A DNA stretch of 64,000 nt. Source: Eledone cirrhosa. Its lineage: Eukaryota. The DNA is taken from positions 48,856,001 through 48,920,000 of the forward strand of contig OZ024746.1 in NCBI GenBank assembly GCA_964016885.1. Reading direction: 5' to 3'. The position numbers and the translations under genes were made by a program. The notes under the pieces were generated by a model. That model was not told the DNA's origin. It made no database searches and worked only from the letters and a program-made list of their open reading frames with translations. Positions 28,491-41,577 of the stretch are shown here, in pieces (positions within the stretch are counted from its first letter, which is position 1; each line of letters opens with the position of its first letter).

Positions 28491-28639
28491 AATATATGAA
28501 AGGCAAAGTTAACCTCGGCGGGAGTCTGAGTTCAAATCCCGCCGAGGTTAACTTTGCCTTTCATCCTTACGGGGTCGATAAAATAAAGTACCAGTAATGT
28601 ACTGGGTAATTGCTGACCTTGTGCCTAAAGTAGAAACAA
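28491..28639 (+). mobile_element. 5'-truncated SINE with fold-back inversion and 11-bp TSD
   Basis: 28497-28523 is the reverse complement of 28537-28563; TTATAGATCTG at 28480-28490 and 28640-28650. Confidence 0.82.
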
Positions 28640-29579
28640 TTATAGATCTGCTCAATGACACTTAGCTATTATTACTTGAAATTAAAATCACATGTAATAA
28701 TTATAAGATAAAATAAAACAAAAACAGACGCGGTAAGTGAAAGAATCATAAACGGTAAGTGAAACATGACATGGTTAGGCCTGGAATAACTTTCATCTTA
28801 AAAGCGCTTGGTGTTGATTTACCTGGAGTTAAACAACAATAACAACAATTAGACTAATGGCAGGAAGAAGGAAGTGGGGTCAGGTCTTGACTTGTGAAAC
28901 AATTGAATACAAAAGCATTTACTCTAAAACAAATAATCTGTTAGCACGTTTTCGACTTCTCAAGAAAATGACCGAAATCTATTTGTTCTGTCCAAGAAGG
29001 CTTCTCAGTATATTTAGTGAAATATTGATGTATGTACAAATAGCAGTAAAACGTGCCTGAAGGTTGTCGCTAAGGCTTAATCAGCAATCATAAAAGTTTC
29101 CTTGCTAACGCAGCTAGATTTAGTCGGCATTAAAAACATATAAAATTCATCCATTCGTATAATATATAATGATAATGGTGTGAACAATTGGTAGTTGCGG
29201 ATAAGCAACAGCGCCGTGGATTACAGATTAGATTTACCAGTATGCTACGTGCATAAACTCATGTTTTGTATTTATGCAAATGTTCTCCAATTTATTTTAA
29301 TGTCTTCTTATATTACGATACATATATAACATTCAAACAGACACACAAACAAACATATATCCATTCAGGTACATAAAGACACATAGTTGCATGTATGCAA
29401 CTATGTGTCTATACATATCTACATTCACATATGCATTGTTAAAACATGCTGGCTCACACACAAACAAGCCGCATCAATGCATGCAAAATCATCAGTCGAG
29501 TACGCACAAACATATGTATGTAGATACATAGTGAGAGAGAGAAAGAAAGATAGATACATACATACGTATATAAGTTCAT

Positions 29580-29773
29580 GGTGACTGCCAACTCGTTTTC
29601 GAGTACGGCCACTACTTTATATCCATGTAGGAGAACCCCTACCAATGCGCTGAACGAGTGTGACTTTTTAGTCCAGTCAGCGATTGAAAACTCTGGTACA
29701 AACACTACACTTGTGACAATTAGTGATACATAGTGCTGGGCCCATGGTACCATGTGACGACAAGTACCATGTG
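29580..29773 (-). mobile_element. Short RTE 3'-end retrocopy with 12-bp TSD
   Basis: Matches 104-285 and 55092-55275; TSD ATATAAGTTCAT at 29568-29579 and 29774-29785. Confidence 0.88.
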
Positions 29774-30318
29774 ATATAAGTTCATACATACATGCATACA
29801 CATACATACATACATACATACATACATACATACATACATACATACATACATACATACATACATACATACATACATACATACATACATACTCATTTAATGA
29901 ACAGTGATCCTTACATATAACCTTTCGGATTTTAGGCGTTATGCATATTTTCAGAATTATATATGTATATGTGTGTGTGTGTGTGTATGTGTGTGTTTGT
30001 ATTAGCGTGTGTGTGTATTAGCGTGTGTGTGTATTAGCGTGTGTGTGTATTAGTGTGTGCCATTTTATGTCTAAAAATGTCATATTGTTTAGGATGTGGC
30101 TTTTCGAGAGATAGGGATTGGTAAAATACGTAACATACCTAAATAAATGATGAGGTGCATGTAATCTACCAACTAACAGAAGGTGGTGACCCCGCATGGC
30201 CGCAGTACTATGATAAAATAAAAAAAAACTCTGAAAGGACAAAAGATATAAAAATTCATACACACTAGATTGTTCCTTCTTCTTAAGATATAACAATACA
30301 ATTGTGTTCATATATAAT

Positions 30319-30504
30319 TGTTTCTACTTTATGCACAAGGCCAGCAATCAACCAGTACATTACTGGTACTTTATTTTATCGACCCCGTAAGGATGAAAGG
30401 CAAAGTTAACCTCAGCGGGATTTGAACTCAGACTGTAAAGGCACGTAACTATGTTAGAAAGCATGGCGTCCAAACCCTCTACGGATACTGCCAATTCACC
30501 GCTC
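30319..30504 (-). mobile_element. tRNA-derived SINE with 17-bp TSD
   Basis: TTGTGTTCATATATAAT at 30302-30318 and 30505-30521. Confidence 0.88.
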
Positions 30505-31808
30505 TTGTGTTCATATATAATGCTGTACAGAATATCAATAAAAAACGTTATTCATTTTGCACGCGCTACCTATCTCCCCCTCGATCTATCTCTCATATTC
30601 CTTCTTTATCCTCTCAAACAATTCTTCCTATATTTCTATTTTTATGTCTCCTATGTAGCTGGTAAATAATAGATGGAGGGTTATCAAGTGAATGCAGACA
30701 CCTCGATATTTATTCATGTTTATATGAGAATCTCGTGTCAATATAATAAAATGTTTATGTCGCATTGGGTGGTAACCCCTTAAGACTAACTTGAGACACT
30801 GCTTTGATTAATATAAACTAAGATCAATCGATTTAAGTATGCACATTCGAATATAAATATATATATATATGTATATATATATACATATATATATATATAC
30901 ATATATATGTATGTATGCATATATATAGATATATATATACATATATAGATATATATATGCATATATATAGATATATATATACATATATATATAGATATAT
31001 ATATGCATATATATAGATATATATATACATAATATATATATATACACATATATATATATTTTATGTATATATGTATATATATATATTTATATATATATAT
31101 ATGTATATGTATATATCTATATGTGTGTGTGTATGTGTGTGTGTGTGTGCTTATGTCTGTGTGTTTGTCTGTGTTTTGGTGTATGTATGCGTAAATAGAA
31201 CTTGCCTACATAAAAGGCTATCTAACAGTCAAAACGTTTATTATGTATGGCTAAGACAGGGACAGTATAAATGTATGTGCATATACATATGTGAAAGTGG
31301 GTCATGTAAAATACGTAGCGTTATGTATATGTGTGAAAACCATTGTACGGACTCACTTAATCATGCCATAGGCACATATCTCCGTGAAAACAGTTATATA
31401 GAAACTTTTATATACTAGATATGAAACTTACACAAACACACACACACACACTTGAGTGTGAGTGTGTGTTTGTGTGTGTGTGTGTATGTGTGTGTGTGTG
31501 TACGTGTAACTTTTATATACTACATATGAAACACACACACATAAGCACACACATACATGCGTACACACACATACACACACATACATACATAGACATACAC
31601 ACACACATACATACACATACACACACACATACATACATACATACATACACATATATATATATATATATATATTATCCCGGTTCAATCGGGGGTAACCACA
31701 GTAAGTAAGGTACTCAATACTTCCTGATGATTTCTACCGAATGAAACAGTTCTAGTCCTGTAGAAGCCATTTCTATATTCTATATATATATAAATATAAG
31801 TAAATATA

Positions 31809-31897
<89 letters not shown>

Positions 31898-32190
31898 GTA
31901 CATATATGTATGCGTATGTGTGTATGAACGGAAAAAATCAAACGAAATTTCATTTCCCACTCTTAGTACAGCTGTTACTGAAATATAAGTATGTACACGT
32001 ACATACATATATGTATACAGACGTACAGTAGTATGTATATATATATACATACATGCACACATATATATATGTACGCATGGATTCAGCGAACATTTATTAT
32101 AATGATCGGTGTGTTTGTAAACAAACATCCCGAATTAAGCCGTAGTGTCTAGCAACCATCGTTGCTCATTTATTCAACACTGACAAAGGA

Positions 32191-32233
32191 ACGCTGTACT
32201 AGTTTCAAGCTTATTAGCTATCGTCAGCAACGT
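32191..32233 (-). ncRNA. Minimal type-I hammerhead ribozyme
   Basis: ACGTTG-CTGACGA-T-AGCT-AATA-AGCT-T-GAAA-CTAG-TA-CAGCGT; palindromic stem III ACTAGT, GUA cleavage triplet. Confidence 0.85.
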
Positions 32234-32610
32234 ATACCTTCCTGCCAGATTGTTGAACGTATATACTTACCTTATGCATATTAACGGCTGAGTAGCCCAA
32301 TTTGCATATCGAGTGGGTTAATCGGCCGGGTGCACCGAAAACGATGAACGGAAAAAATGAAACGAAATTTCATTTCCCACTCTTAGTACGGCTGTTACTT
32401 AAATATAAGTATGTACACGTACATACATATATGTATACAGACGTACAGTAGTATGTATATATATATACATGCACACATATATATATATATGTACGTATGG
32501 ATTCACCGAACATTTATTATAATGCTCGGTGTGTTTGTAAACAAACATCCCGTATTAAGCCGTAGTGTCTAGCAACCATCGTTGCTCGTTTGTTCAACAC
32601 TGACAAAGGA

Positions 32611-32653
32611 ACGCTGTACTAGTTTCAAGCTTATTAGCTATCGTCAGCAACGT
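32611..32653 (-). ncRNA. Minimal type-I hammerhead ribozyme (second monomer)
   Basis: Same sequence as 32191-32233. Confidence 0.85.
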
Positions 32654-32963
32654 ATAGGTTCCTGCCAGATTGTTGAACGTATATACTTTCCTTATGCATA
32701 TTAACGGCTGAGTAGCCCAATTTGCATATCGAGTGGGTTAATCGGCCGGGTGCACCGAAAACAGTTAATATGCATGAGGTTAATATGCATAAGGTAAGTA
32801 TATACGTTCAAAATGCCAGAAGTTTGGAACACTGGAATACTTTGTTGCGATTCGTCTCGATAAGCTGTTAAATAAAGGAACAGCTGCAAATAAACTAGAA
32901 TAAGCGTTTTCCTTTTCTTCAGAAAGCGCAACACAGCATGACTTTACCAGAATTACATACACA

Positions 32964-33020
<57 letters not shown>

Positions 33021-33043
33021 ACACACACAGACACACATATATA

Positions 33044-33086
<43 letters not shown>

Positions 33087-33087
33087 A

Positions 33088-33177
<90 letters not shown>

Positions 33178-33184
33178 AACTAGA

Positions 33185-34004
33185 AATTGATTAACATATA
33201 TATAAACATGAATAATCACAGGAGATAATTTTTACAAGTGTGTAACCACACATAGCTAGGTTACCTAACTAGTTACCTAACTAAATAAATAAAGTTGACT
33301 AGAACTTCAAAAATAGATACCTTATAATATGATTAATCTTCCCTGTATATATTCCATTAAAGAAATATATTTCACCAATTAATCAGATGGTAAATCACGG
33401 AAGTGGATAATTTTGGATTTTCAACAAGGAAGGAAAATTTCCAGCAATCCATGTTTACACTACGAGTTCAAATCTGCAACTGGCTATTACCACGTGTTGA
33501 ATTTACACATCATAGCAGCTTCGTCTCAGTGGCGTCAACAGGGTTATCGACAACTAGAAACAGCAGCCGATTCCTTTCAACAGAGTTAGCTCTACAATTA
33601 AGGAGCCGTATTTATATATATATCCAAAATTAAGATAAATTAAATGAATTTAATCTAAATCAAAATTATGGGTGTCATGCCAGAACGGCATGCGCCATAT
33701 CACCCGGAAAAATAAGCTCAAAGATTCTATCGAGTAGGTCCGAGCATTTTATAATAACTAGAAATTTTTCTTCCTTGTTGAAAATCCAAAAATATCCACT
33801 TCCGTGATTTACGATCTGATTAATTGGTGAAATATATTTCTTTAATGGAATATATACAGGGAAGATTAATCATATTATAAGGTATCTATTTTTGAAGTTG
33901 TAGTCAACTTTATTTATTTAGTTACCTACCTAGCTATGTGTGGTTACACACTTGTAAAAATTATCTCCTGTGATTATTCATGTTTATATATATGTTAATC
34001 AATT
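33185..34004. repeat. ~250-bp inverted repeats around a ~320-bp spacer (probable inverted PLE pLTR pair)
   Basis: 33185-33441 is the reverse complement of ~33760-34004; AAATATCCACTTC also occurs in the PLE tail at ~51398. Confidence 0.75.
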
Positions 34005-36898
34005 ATGGAGTGCAAAACGGAGCTGGAAAAGTGTTTCACAAAAATACGTTGGAATGCAAAGGTAAACAACAACAACAATAATAACGGTAGTAGTAATATA
34101 AACAATAATTCTGAGTATAGAAATAACAGCCGTAACTATAACAATAGCAGGAAAGTGAGAAATAGTGATAATGGTAATAATACTAGCTATAGACAGAACA
34201 ACAACAACCACAATAATAATAATAATAATAGAAACATTAACCACAGACACAGCAGCAGCGACCACAGTAGTAATAACGGTAACAATACGAACAACAACAA
34301 CAATAACCACAGTGGTAATAATGGAAATAGTACATGTAGCAACATCAATGATAGACACAACAAAAACAAGAAACATAATAAAAGTAACAACCACAATGGT
34401 AGAAATAACAGTAACAATAACAACAATAACGGTGAAGTAAACAACAATACATCTAGCAATCATAACAATAATAATAATGCTAATGATAGAAACAACAACA
34501 ACCACCATGATAACAATAATAGCAACACACACAACTATGACGATAGATATAATGACAACCCCTTAGAGAAACTATTTTTCAACCCAGCTGACAAAACATA
34601 TAAGATGGGTAATATCTATCCTACGAGGTTACCCTTTAATAAAAGAGTTTGCATACTACAACAAATAGATGACGAGACAGAGGCACAGTTCATCATAGCT
34701 AGAAATAAGATTAGACAAATAGTAGACAGGTATACTAAGAGACAGAGCAGACCAGAAGCATATAAGGCAGCATGGATGTGGTGTCACTGTACTCATCCAT
34801 TAACATTGATTTTGCTGTGAAAAGATGTGTGGAGATGATCATTGAGAGTGAGGTGGAGTTCTGCGCCGTCAACACAGACCAACTGGGCCTCCTACTTAGA
34901 CTTACCTACGACACTGACTACCTAGACAGCCATGACCTTAGATGTTTCTGCCCTAGTAGACCTATAAGAGGTAGACCCCCCACCATAACCTCAATGGCAA
35001 AAAAGACTCCCATGGGAAAGTGGATTGGGTGGACCAAAGCTATACGGACCCCCAAAATAATGATCAGGTAAGAAAAATGGTCGCACATGCAATAGGGGCT
35101 AGTATCAAAACTACCCTAAAGGGCCACATATTTAAGTTCAACGAGAAGATCTACACCCAAAATGAGGGAGCAGCCATCGGCGTCAGCATAGCTGGTGATG
35201 TTGCCAAACTTTTCATGGTATGCTGGGAAAGGAGACTTAAAGATCTCCTTAATGAGAGCTCCATAGACCTCATCATGTACTCTCGTTATGTAGACGATAT
35301 CAATATAGTTATAAGAACATCCCCACTAGAGAGCACTAACAAGTTTGATTTAGAACGTAGCACGATGGAAAGCATCCAGCAGATAGCTAATTCCATACAC
35401 CAGAGTATAACTGTAACTATCGATTTCCCTTCCAAACACCCTAACAATAGACTACCTGTATTAGACACAGAACTCTGGATTAACACTATAGACGAGAGAG
35501 CCCAAATTCTCCACTCACACTATGCTAAACCCATGGCCTCCAAATACCTGATACTCAAAAACTCAGCAATGTCCAGTAGTGCTAAGTTTAATATTCTGAT
35601 CGCAGATTTGGTACGAGTGATGAAGAATGTGTCCCGCATGTTCGACCCAACAGAAATGGAAAGACACATCCAACACTTCATCAACCGCATGGAATTCTCT
35701 GGCTACAACCAAAGAGACAGAGTCAGAGTATACGAAGGAGCCATGGAAAAGTATAAGACCCTCATAGAACTGGACATGAAAGGAATTTGCCCATTATACA
35801 GAAGCAAATCATGGAATAGCTTAGATAGGGCTAGACATAAGATAGGGAAAGCCACATCATGGTACGACAACCAGAGATACCAGAGTGTCATGTTTGTGGA
35901 CGCCACCCCTGGAGGGAAATTAGCTAACCAGTGTAGAAAGGCCCTGAGAAAGACCCACTTAAAAATAAAGGTGGTAGAAAAGCCAGTAACCACCATAAAA
36001 TCCCTAATTAGCAAAACCTACCCTTTTAAGAAAACCCACTGTACCAATAGGAAATGTATCATATGTAAGGTGAACCCCCGGATAAACTGTAAAACTAGAA
36101 ACGTAGTCTATAGCATAAGATGTACAGAGACATAGGTGAGACAGCTCGTAGCATAGGTGAAAGGATAGACCAACACTGGGGGGAACTAAAAGGACGAAAA
36201 AACGGGTCAGTACTATACGAACATGCTAGACAACAACATGACGGTAACATAGACAACATAGAAATTAGAATAATATCTAAACATAGAAATGACCCAGCAG
36301 ATAGGCAAATCAGAGAGGCCAGTGAAATAGAAATAAGAAGACCAAGGCTAAACAGAAAGAATGAATGGAATAACAACAACACCCAAACAAACAACACTGA
36401 CCTAAGAGAAGTATAAATAAGTAAATAAAATAAAATAAATAAATAAATACATACACAAGCACAATAACAACAAGCACATAAACACACACTAGTCACCCAT
36501 CACACAGCAAACAAAACACTATACACACACGCAAACGCATGCGCAAAGAAGACAAAATAAAATAAACAAACAAGCAAATAAATAAATAAATATATAGACA
36601 GACTGAATAAAAATGGCGTAGACATAAAATACAACAGGAGGAAAATATAACACCACTGACGATGTTGCAGATGTGCAACGAAAACTTTATGATAAACTAT
36701 ATATATGTGTTTGTGTCTATATTGTATCTGTATTATTTTTGACCGTCGGTCAGTCAATGGCAACATTGAGGACCGAGTAAGTTAGATTACCGATATAAAA
36801 GACACAGAAGCGAGAAGCGAAAACCAACCAAACCGTGAGTGTTCTGTTATTAATTCTGGCAATATTACACAAATATGACCCTCCCCAAGTATAACAAT
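34005..36898 (+). mobile_element. Penelope-like element related to 8056-12013; internal deletion and Asn-rich N-terminus
   Basis: ORFs 34005-34820, 34772-35071, 35020-36135, 36120-36416 colinear with 9974-11596; same terminal ATGACCCTCCC.AAGTATAACAAT. Confidence 0.92.
36653..36692 (+). ncRNA. Hammerhead motif in pLTR (stems I and III imperfect)
   Basis: CA-CTGACGA-T-GTTGCA/TGCAAC-GAAA-ACTT-TA-TG. Confidence 0.6.
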
Positions 36899-36909
36899 AT
36901 ATATATATT

Positions 36910-39900
36910 TCACTGCCTCCGCCTCCACCTTATCCCCCTCGGCTTCCGTCTACACTTCCACCCCTCCCCCGCCGCTTCCCCCTCCACGCAACGTATCCTC
37001 ACGCCTCCTGATGCGCAACTCCATCCGCGCCTCCCGTTCCACCCTCCGCCTACTTGACCACCAACTGACCCCCACCCTCCTCCGCCTTTACTCCACCTGC
37101 CACCCCCTCCTCGCCCAAGCCATCCTCTCCTTCATCCACAACCTCAACCACAACCTCTTCTCGTTCCTCAGCTCCACCAAAGCCCGCAAGTTACACTCAC
37201 TCCTCCCCCCCATCCACCACCACCCGCCCGTCCCCATACGCCCACCACTCTCCACCTCTCCCTCGACCCCCCCAATCTCCACCCTCCACATCACCCCTCA
37301 CCCCCCAAACACCCAAACCCCACCCCTTGTTGTCACCATACCCCCTGACCCCCACCTCTCCGCACCTGAGCGCTCACTCCTTAGTAGAGGCCTTCGCTTC
37401 ATACCCCTCGCCCCCTTGTCACCACCCTCCCCTCCCACATCTCCGACACCAACCACGCCCTGCGCCTTTTCGACTCCTTCACCTACCTACCCGGCCCACA
37501 GCCCTTCCTCTTCACCCTAGACATCAAGTCCCTCTATACAGTCATCCCCCACGCCGACGGCCTTCGCGCCATCAAACACTACCTCGACCTTCGCCCCTCC
37601 CCCATTCCCTCCACCCCCACCCTCCTTCGCCTCGCCGAGCTGGTCCTCACCCTAAATTGTTTCTCCTTCTCGGGTGAGTTTTACCAACAGGTCACGGGGG
37701 TAGCCATGGGCACAAGAATGGGCCCGAACTATGCCAACCTTTTTGTTGGCCATGTTGAGGCCCAAATCTTTGCCCAGTACACCGGCCCCACGCCCGAACT
37801 GTACGGTCGTTACATTGACGACTGTATCGGAGCTACGACCCTCACCCGAGAACAGCTCGACTCCTTTCTCTCCTTCTTCTGCCTTCCACCCCTCCCTCCA
37901 CTTCACCACCTCTATCTCCACCACCCACGTCCACTTCTTAGACATCTCCGTTGCCTTCGACCCCTCCCACCACTCCCTCGTCACCTCCGCCTTCTTCAAA
38001 CCCACCGACTCCCACTCTTACCTCGACTTCACCTCTTCCCACCCCACCCACACTAAACACTCCATTCCCTACTCCCAACTTCTCAGGATCCACCGCCTCT
38101 GTAGCCGTGATGCTGACTTCGAGTCCCAGGCCCCTTCCCTAGTCAGCCATTTCATCCGCAGAGGTTACCCCCCCCCCCCCCCCCTCTCGTCTACACCGCT
38201 CTCACCCGCGCCCGTGCTATCCCCCGCTACACCACCCTCACCCCACGCCACCGCACACCCACCCACCGTCTCCCCTTCCCCATCACCTACCACCCCTCCA
38301 CCTTACCCCTCCACCGCACCATCCGCCGCCTCTTCCGACGCATCCAGTCCGACCCCTCCACCTCCCACATCTTCCCAACCCCACCACTCCCCTCCTTCAA
38401 ACGCGCACGCAATCTCCGCACCCTCCTCATCCACAGCTCCCTACCCCCCAACCCACGCTCTGTTCCCCCCCCGGTTCCTTTCTCTGTTCTAGGCCCCGCT
38501 GCAACACCTGTCCCCACATCACCAACACCACCACCCTCCAGGGTCCCAACGGCCACTCTCTCTCGGTCCGGCATGCCTTCCGCTGCACCTCCTCCAACCT
38601 AGTCTACAGACTTATGTCGGACAGACGGGACGTCGCCTGGCGGACCGAGTCACGGAGCACCTCCCGGATATTCGTCTCGGGGGCAGTTCCCCCATCGCCC
38701 GCCACTCTGGTGGCCCTGGCCACTCCGCACGCCATCTCACAGTCTGTGGCCTACTCCAGTGCCACGGAACACCCGCCCATCGCCTTACGGTCGAACAACG
38801 AACTATCTTCATCTTACAGACCCACACTCCCCCCGGCCCGAACTCCCCACCCTTATTCCTTTAGCGTTCGACCCCCCCCCCCCCCTCTACACTTATTCCC
38901 CACTAACACCACTAACACACCCCTCCTTTTCACCGCCCACCCCACACTAACAATACTAACACCTCCACTACACCCCTCATCTGACCACCCTGCCCCAACT
39001 AACATACTAACATCCCTTCCCTCCCCTCTTCTCCTCCTCCCCCTCCTTATCACACGCACACACTTACACCACCCACCCCACACGCAACTAACATCACTAA
39101 CACCCCCAACCCCACGCACACGTACCCACACACCCTCGTACACCACCAACTCTACACACCCTACCACCACTAACCCCCACTCACACCTGCATTCAACCCC
39201 TCCCCACCTCCCGTATACTAACACCCACTAACACATCTTCCCCAAACTACACACACACCAGTACACCACACTCCCTCCATAGAACCACACACACCCTTCT
39301 CTCCCTGCTCCACCCACACCCCCGCTCCACACTCACTCATCCCACTAACACCCCTACTAACACACACACACACACACCCTCCTCACTCCAACTTTCACAC
39401 CTACCCATCCTGGCCCCCTTACCATTCCACCGACTGCTGCTATGCCCTTCTGACCACCTCCCAGCACCAACAGACCACAGCACTCCCACTGCTGACCACT
39501 TCCTGTTGCGCGCGCACCCCACATCTCTCCTCTTCCGACCACCGCTTCATGGATTACCCACACGCAGAAATTGACTTATAACCAATCCTCCTAACATCCT
39601 TGGAACTTACCAACTTTTCAACCATCCTCTTACGTCATCACCTATATAACTCACCCACACACACACCCCCCAAAATTTTTTTTATCCACACGCCACCCAC
39701 ACCCACAACACGCTTAAATCCCACACACACGTGCTTCCCACCACATATTTACACCCTCAGCCTCCTGATTCCTCTCCCCCCACCCCCTATCCACACACGC
39801 ACAGACACTCCGACCCACAAAAACACCCCCCACACACACCTCTTCCTGAACATGTAACCCCGTTCTTCCCCCAACCCTTACTTTCACATACACACACACA

Positions 39901-40332
39901 CACGCACACCTACACACAAACACCACTTTCAGCCCTCCCCGCTCGGACACCCCGTCTCCCTCTCCCCACTCCACCCGCCACCACCCCTACTCACCCCACA
40001 CCCTTCCACGACCTGTTTACCCCCCTTTTAATTTCAGTTTATTTTGATCATACGTTTATTTTTAAATTTTCTCATTCCTTGTATTTTTATCATGCTTTAT
40101 TTTTATTTTTTATCTTTATTTGTTAATTTTTCATTCGCACCGTTTCCTTTCGCTATATGTCTCTCCACCACTCCCCTACACACCTTTTGAACTCTGTTCC
40201 CACACACTTCTCACCTGAGGAAGGGCTTATGCCCGAAACGTCGTTCCCCACCTACCCCCCACTCTCCTGAGCGTGAAATTAATAAACATTTATTGTACTG
40301 CCTCTCTGTTTTGTCCCTGTTCAAATTTTTCC

Positions 40333-40335
<3 letters not shown>
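36910..40335 (+). mobile_element. Extremely C-rich Penelope-like element (Neptune-like), frameshifted, with internal deletion
   Basis: LSRGLRFIP, LDIKSLY..IPH, GVAMGTRMGPNYANLF, RYIDD, HFLD, FFKPTD..YL; GIY-YIG NLVY..VGQTGR.L.DR..EH; hammerhead core near the 3' end. Confidence 0.88.
40212..40245 (+). ncRNA. Minimal hammerhead motif
   Basis: AC-CTGAGGA-A-GGGC-TTAT-GCCC-GAAA-CG-TC-GT; stem I is short. Confidence 0.65.
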
Positions 40336-40394
<59 letters not shown>

Positions 40395-40400
<6 letters not shown>

Positions 40401-40644
40401 ATATTAACAAATGGAAACTATATTTATAAAACCATATTTATTTCATTATACATATTTCAAGGGCCACCAGAGTAAACTATGGTGCGCTTTCATCAGATAA
40501 AATATAATATAGGTTAGTTTTATAAATAAATATTGACATATCCTTAAAAAATGCAACCATAGTTTACTCTGGTGGCCCTTGAAATATGTATAATGAAATA
40601 AATATGGTTTTATAAATATAGTTTCCATTTGTTAATATATTGTA
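40395..40644. repeat. Fold-back palindrome of a PLE tail (family of 51700-54590), hammerhead at 40438-40504 (-)
   Basis: Arms 40395-40487 and 40556-40644; CTGATGA...GAAATATGTATA; homologous to 54486-54590. Confidence 0.82.
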
Positions 40645-40861
40645 TATTTACTCCAATAATTTGTTGAGTGCTTTATATCAGTTATAAAAATATTTTGCTT
40701 GTTCTATCTCAACAAATTAAATATAACCTCTACATATATATATATATGCATTACAACCATAATTGTAGCGTGCATAACATTTCTGTGTATAATGTACTTT
40801 AGATACTATTTCATACTTGACTTGGCATACTTATCTCTACACAAGAATACGCATACGTAAC

Positions 40862-40969
<108 letters not shown>

Positions 40970-40971
40970 TG

Positions 40972-41043
<72 letters not shown>

Positions 41044-41092
41044 TATAGATAGGTAAATATACACGGGTGTGTATGATTGTGTATAGAAGATT

Positions 41093-41475
41093 ATATTAAT
41101 AAGAGGAATTCCAACTTTGTCTGATTTACTCGTTTTATTTACAATCCTTTAAAATATATAATGGTATTATAATGAAATAGTATGATAGAATATAAAATTC
41201 TAAGTGTTAAATGAACAGGTACTTTCATGCTTTCGCAATCTTCAGGTTCATAAAATGTGGTGACAGTCGAGTTTGCAATTTTCAACGCGACTGCAATTTT
41301 CAACTCGACTGTCACCACATATTATGAACCTGAAGATTGCGAGAGCATGAAAGTACTTGTTCAATTAACACTTAGAATTTAATATTCTACCATACTATTT
41401 CATTATAATACCATTATATATTTTAAAGGATTGTAAATAAAACGAGTAAATCAGACAAAGTTGGAATTCCTCTTA

Positions 41476-41480
<5 letters not shown>
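41093..41480. repeat. ~390-bp fold-back palindrome of PLE tails, hammerhead at 41325-41363 (+)
   Basis: Arms are reverse complements; TGAAC-CTGAAGA-TTGC-GAGA-GCAT-GAAA-GTAC-TT-GTTCA. Confidence 0.85.
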
Positions 41481-41571
<91 letters not shown>

Positions 41572-41577
41572 CATATA

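Larger units (their letters stand above)
31925..32811 (-). mobile_element. Non-coding tandem dimer of a 420-bp hammerhead-containing unit (retrozyme-like), plus a short inverted piece
   Basis: TGAACGGAAAAAAT at 31925 and 32345; hammerheads at 32191 and 32611; 32779-32811 inverts 32253-32285. Confidence 0.85.

Noticed and set aside
33795-33845. Functional hammerhead in the 33185-34004 inverted repeat
   Set aside because: The core reads TTTACGA/TTTACCA rather than CTGAnGA; at best a decayed relic
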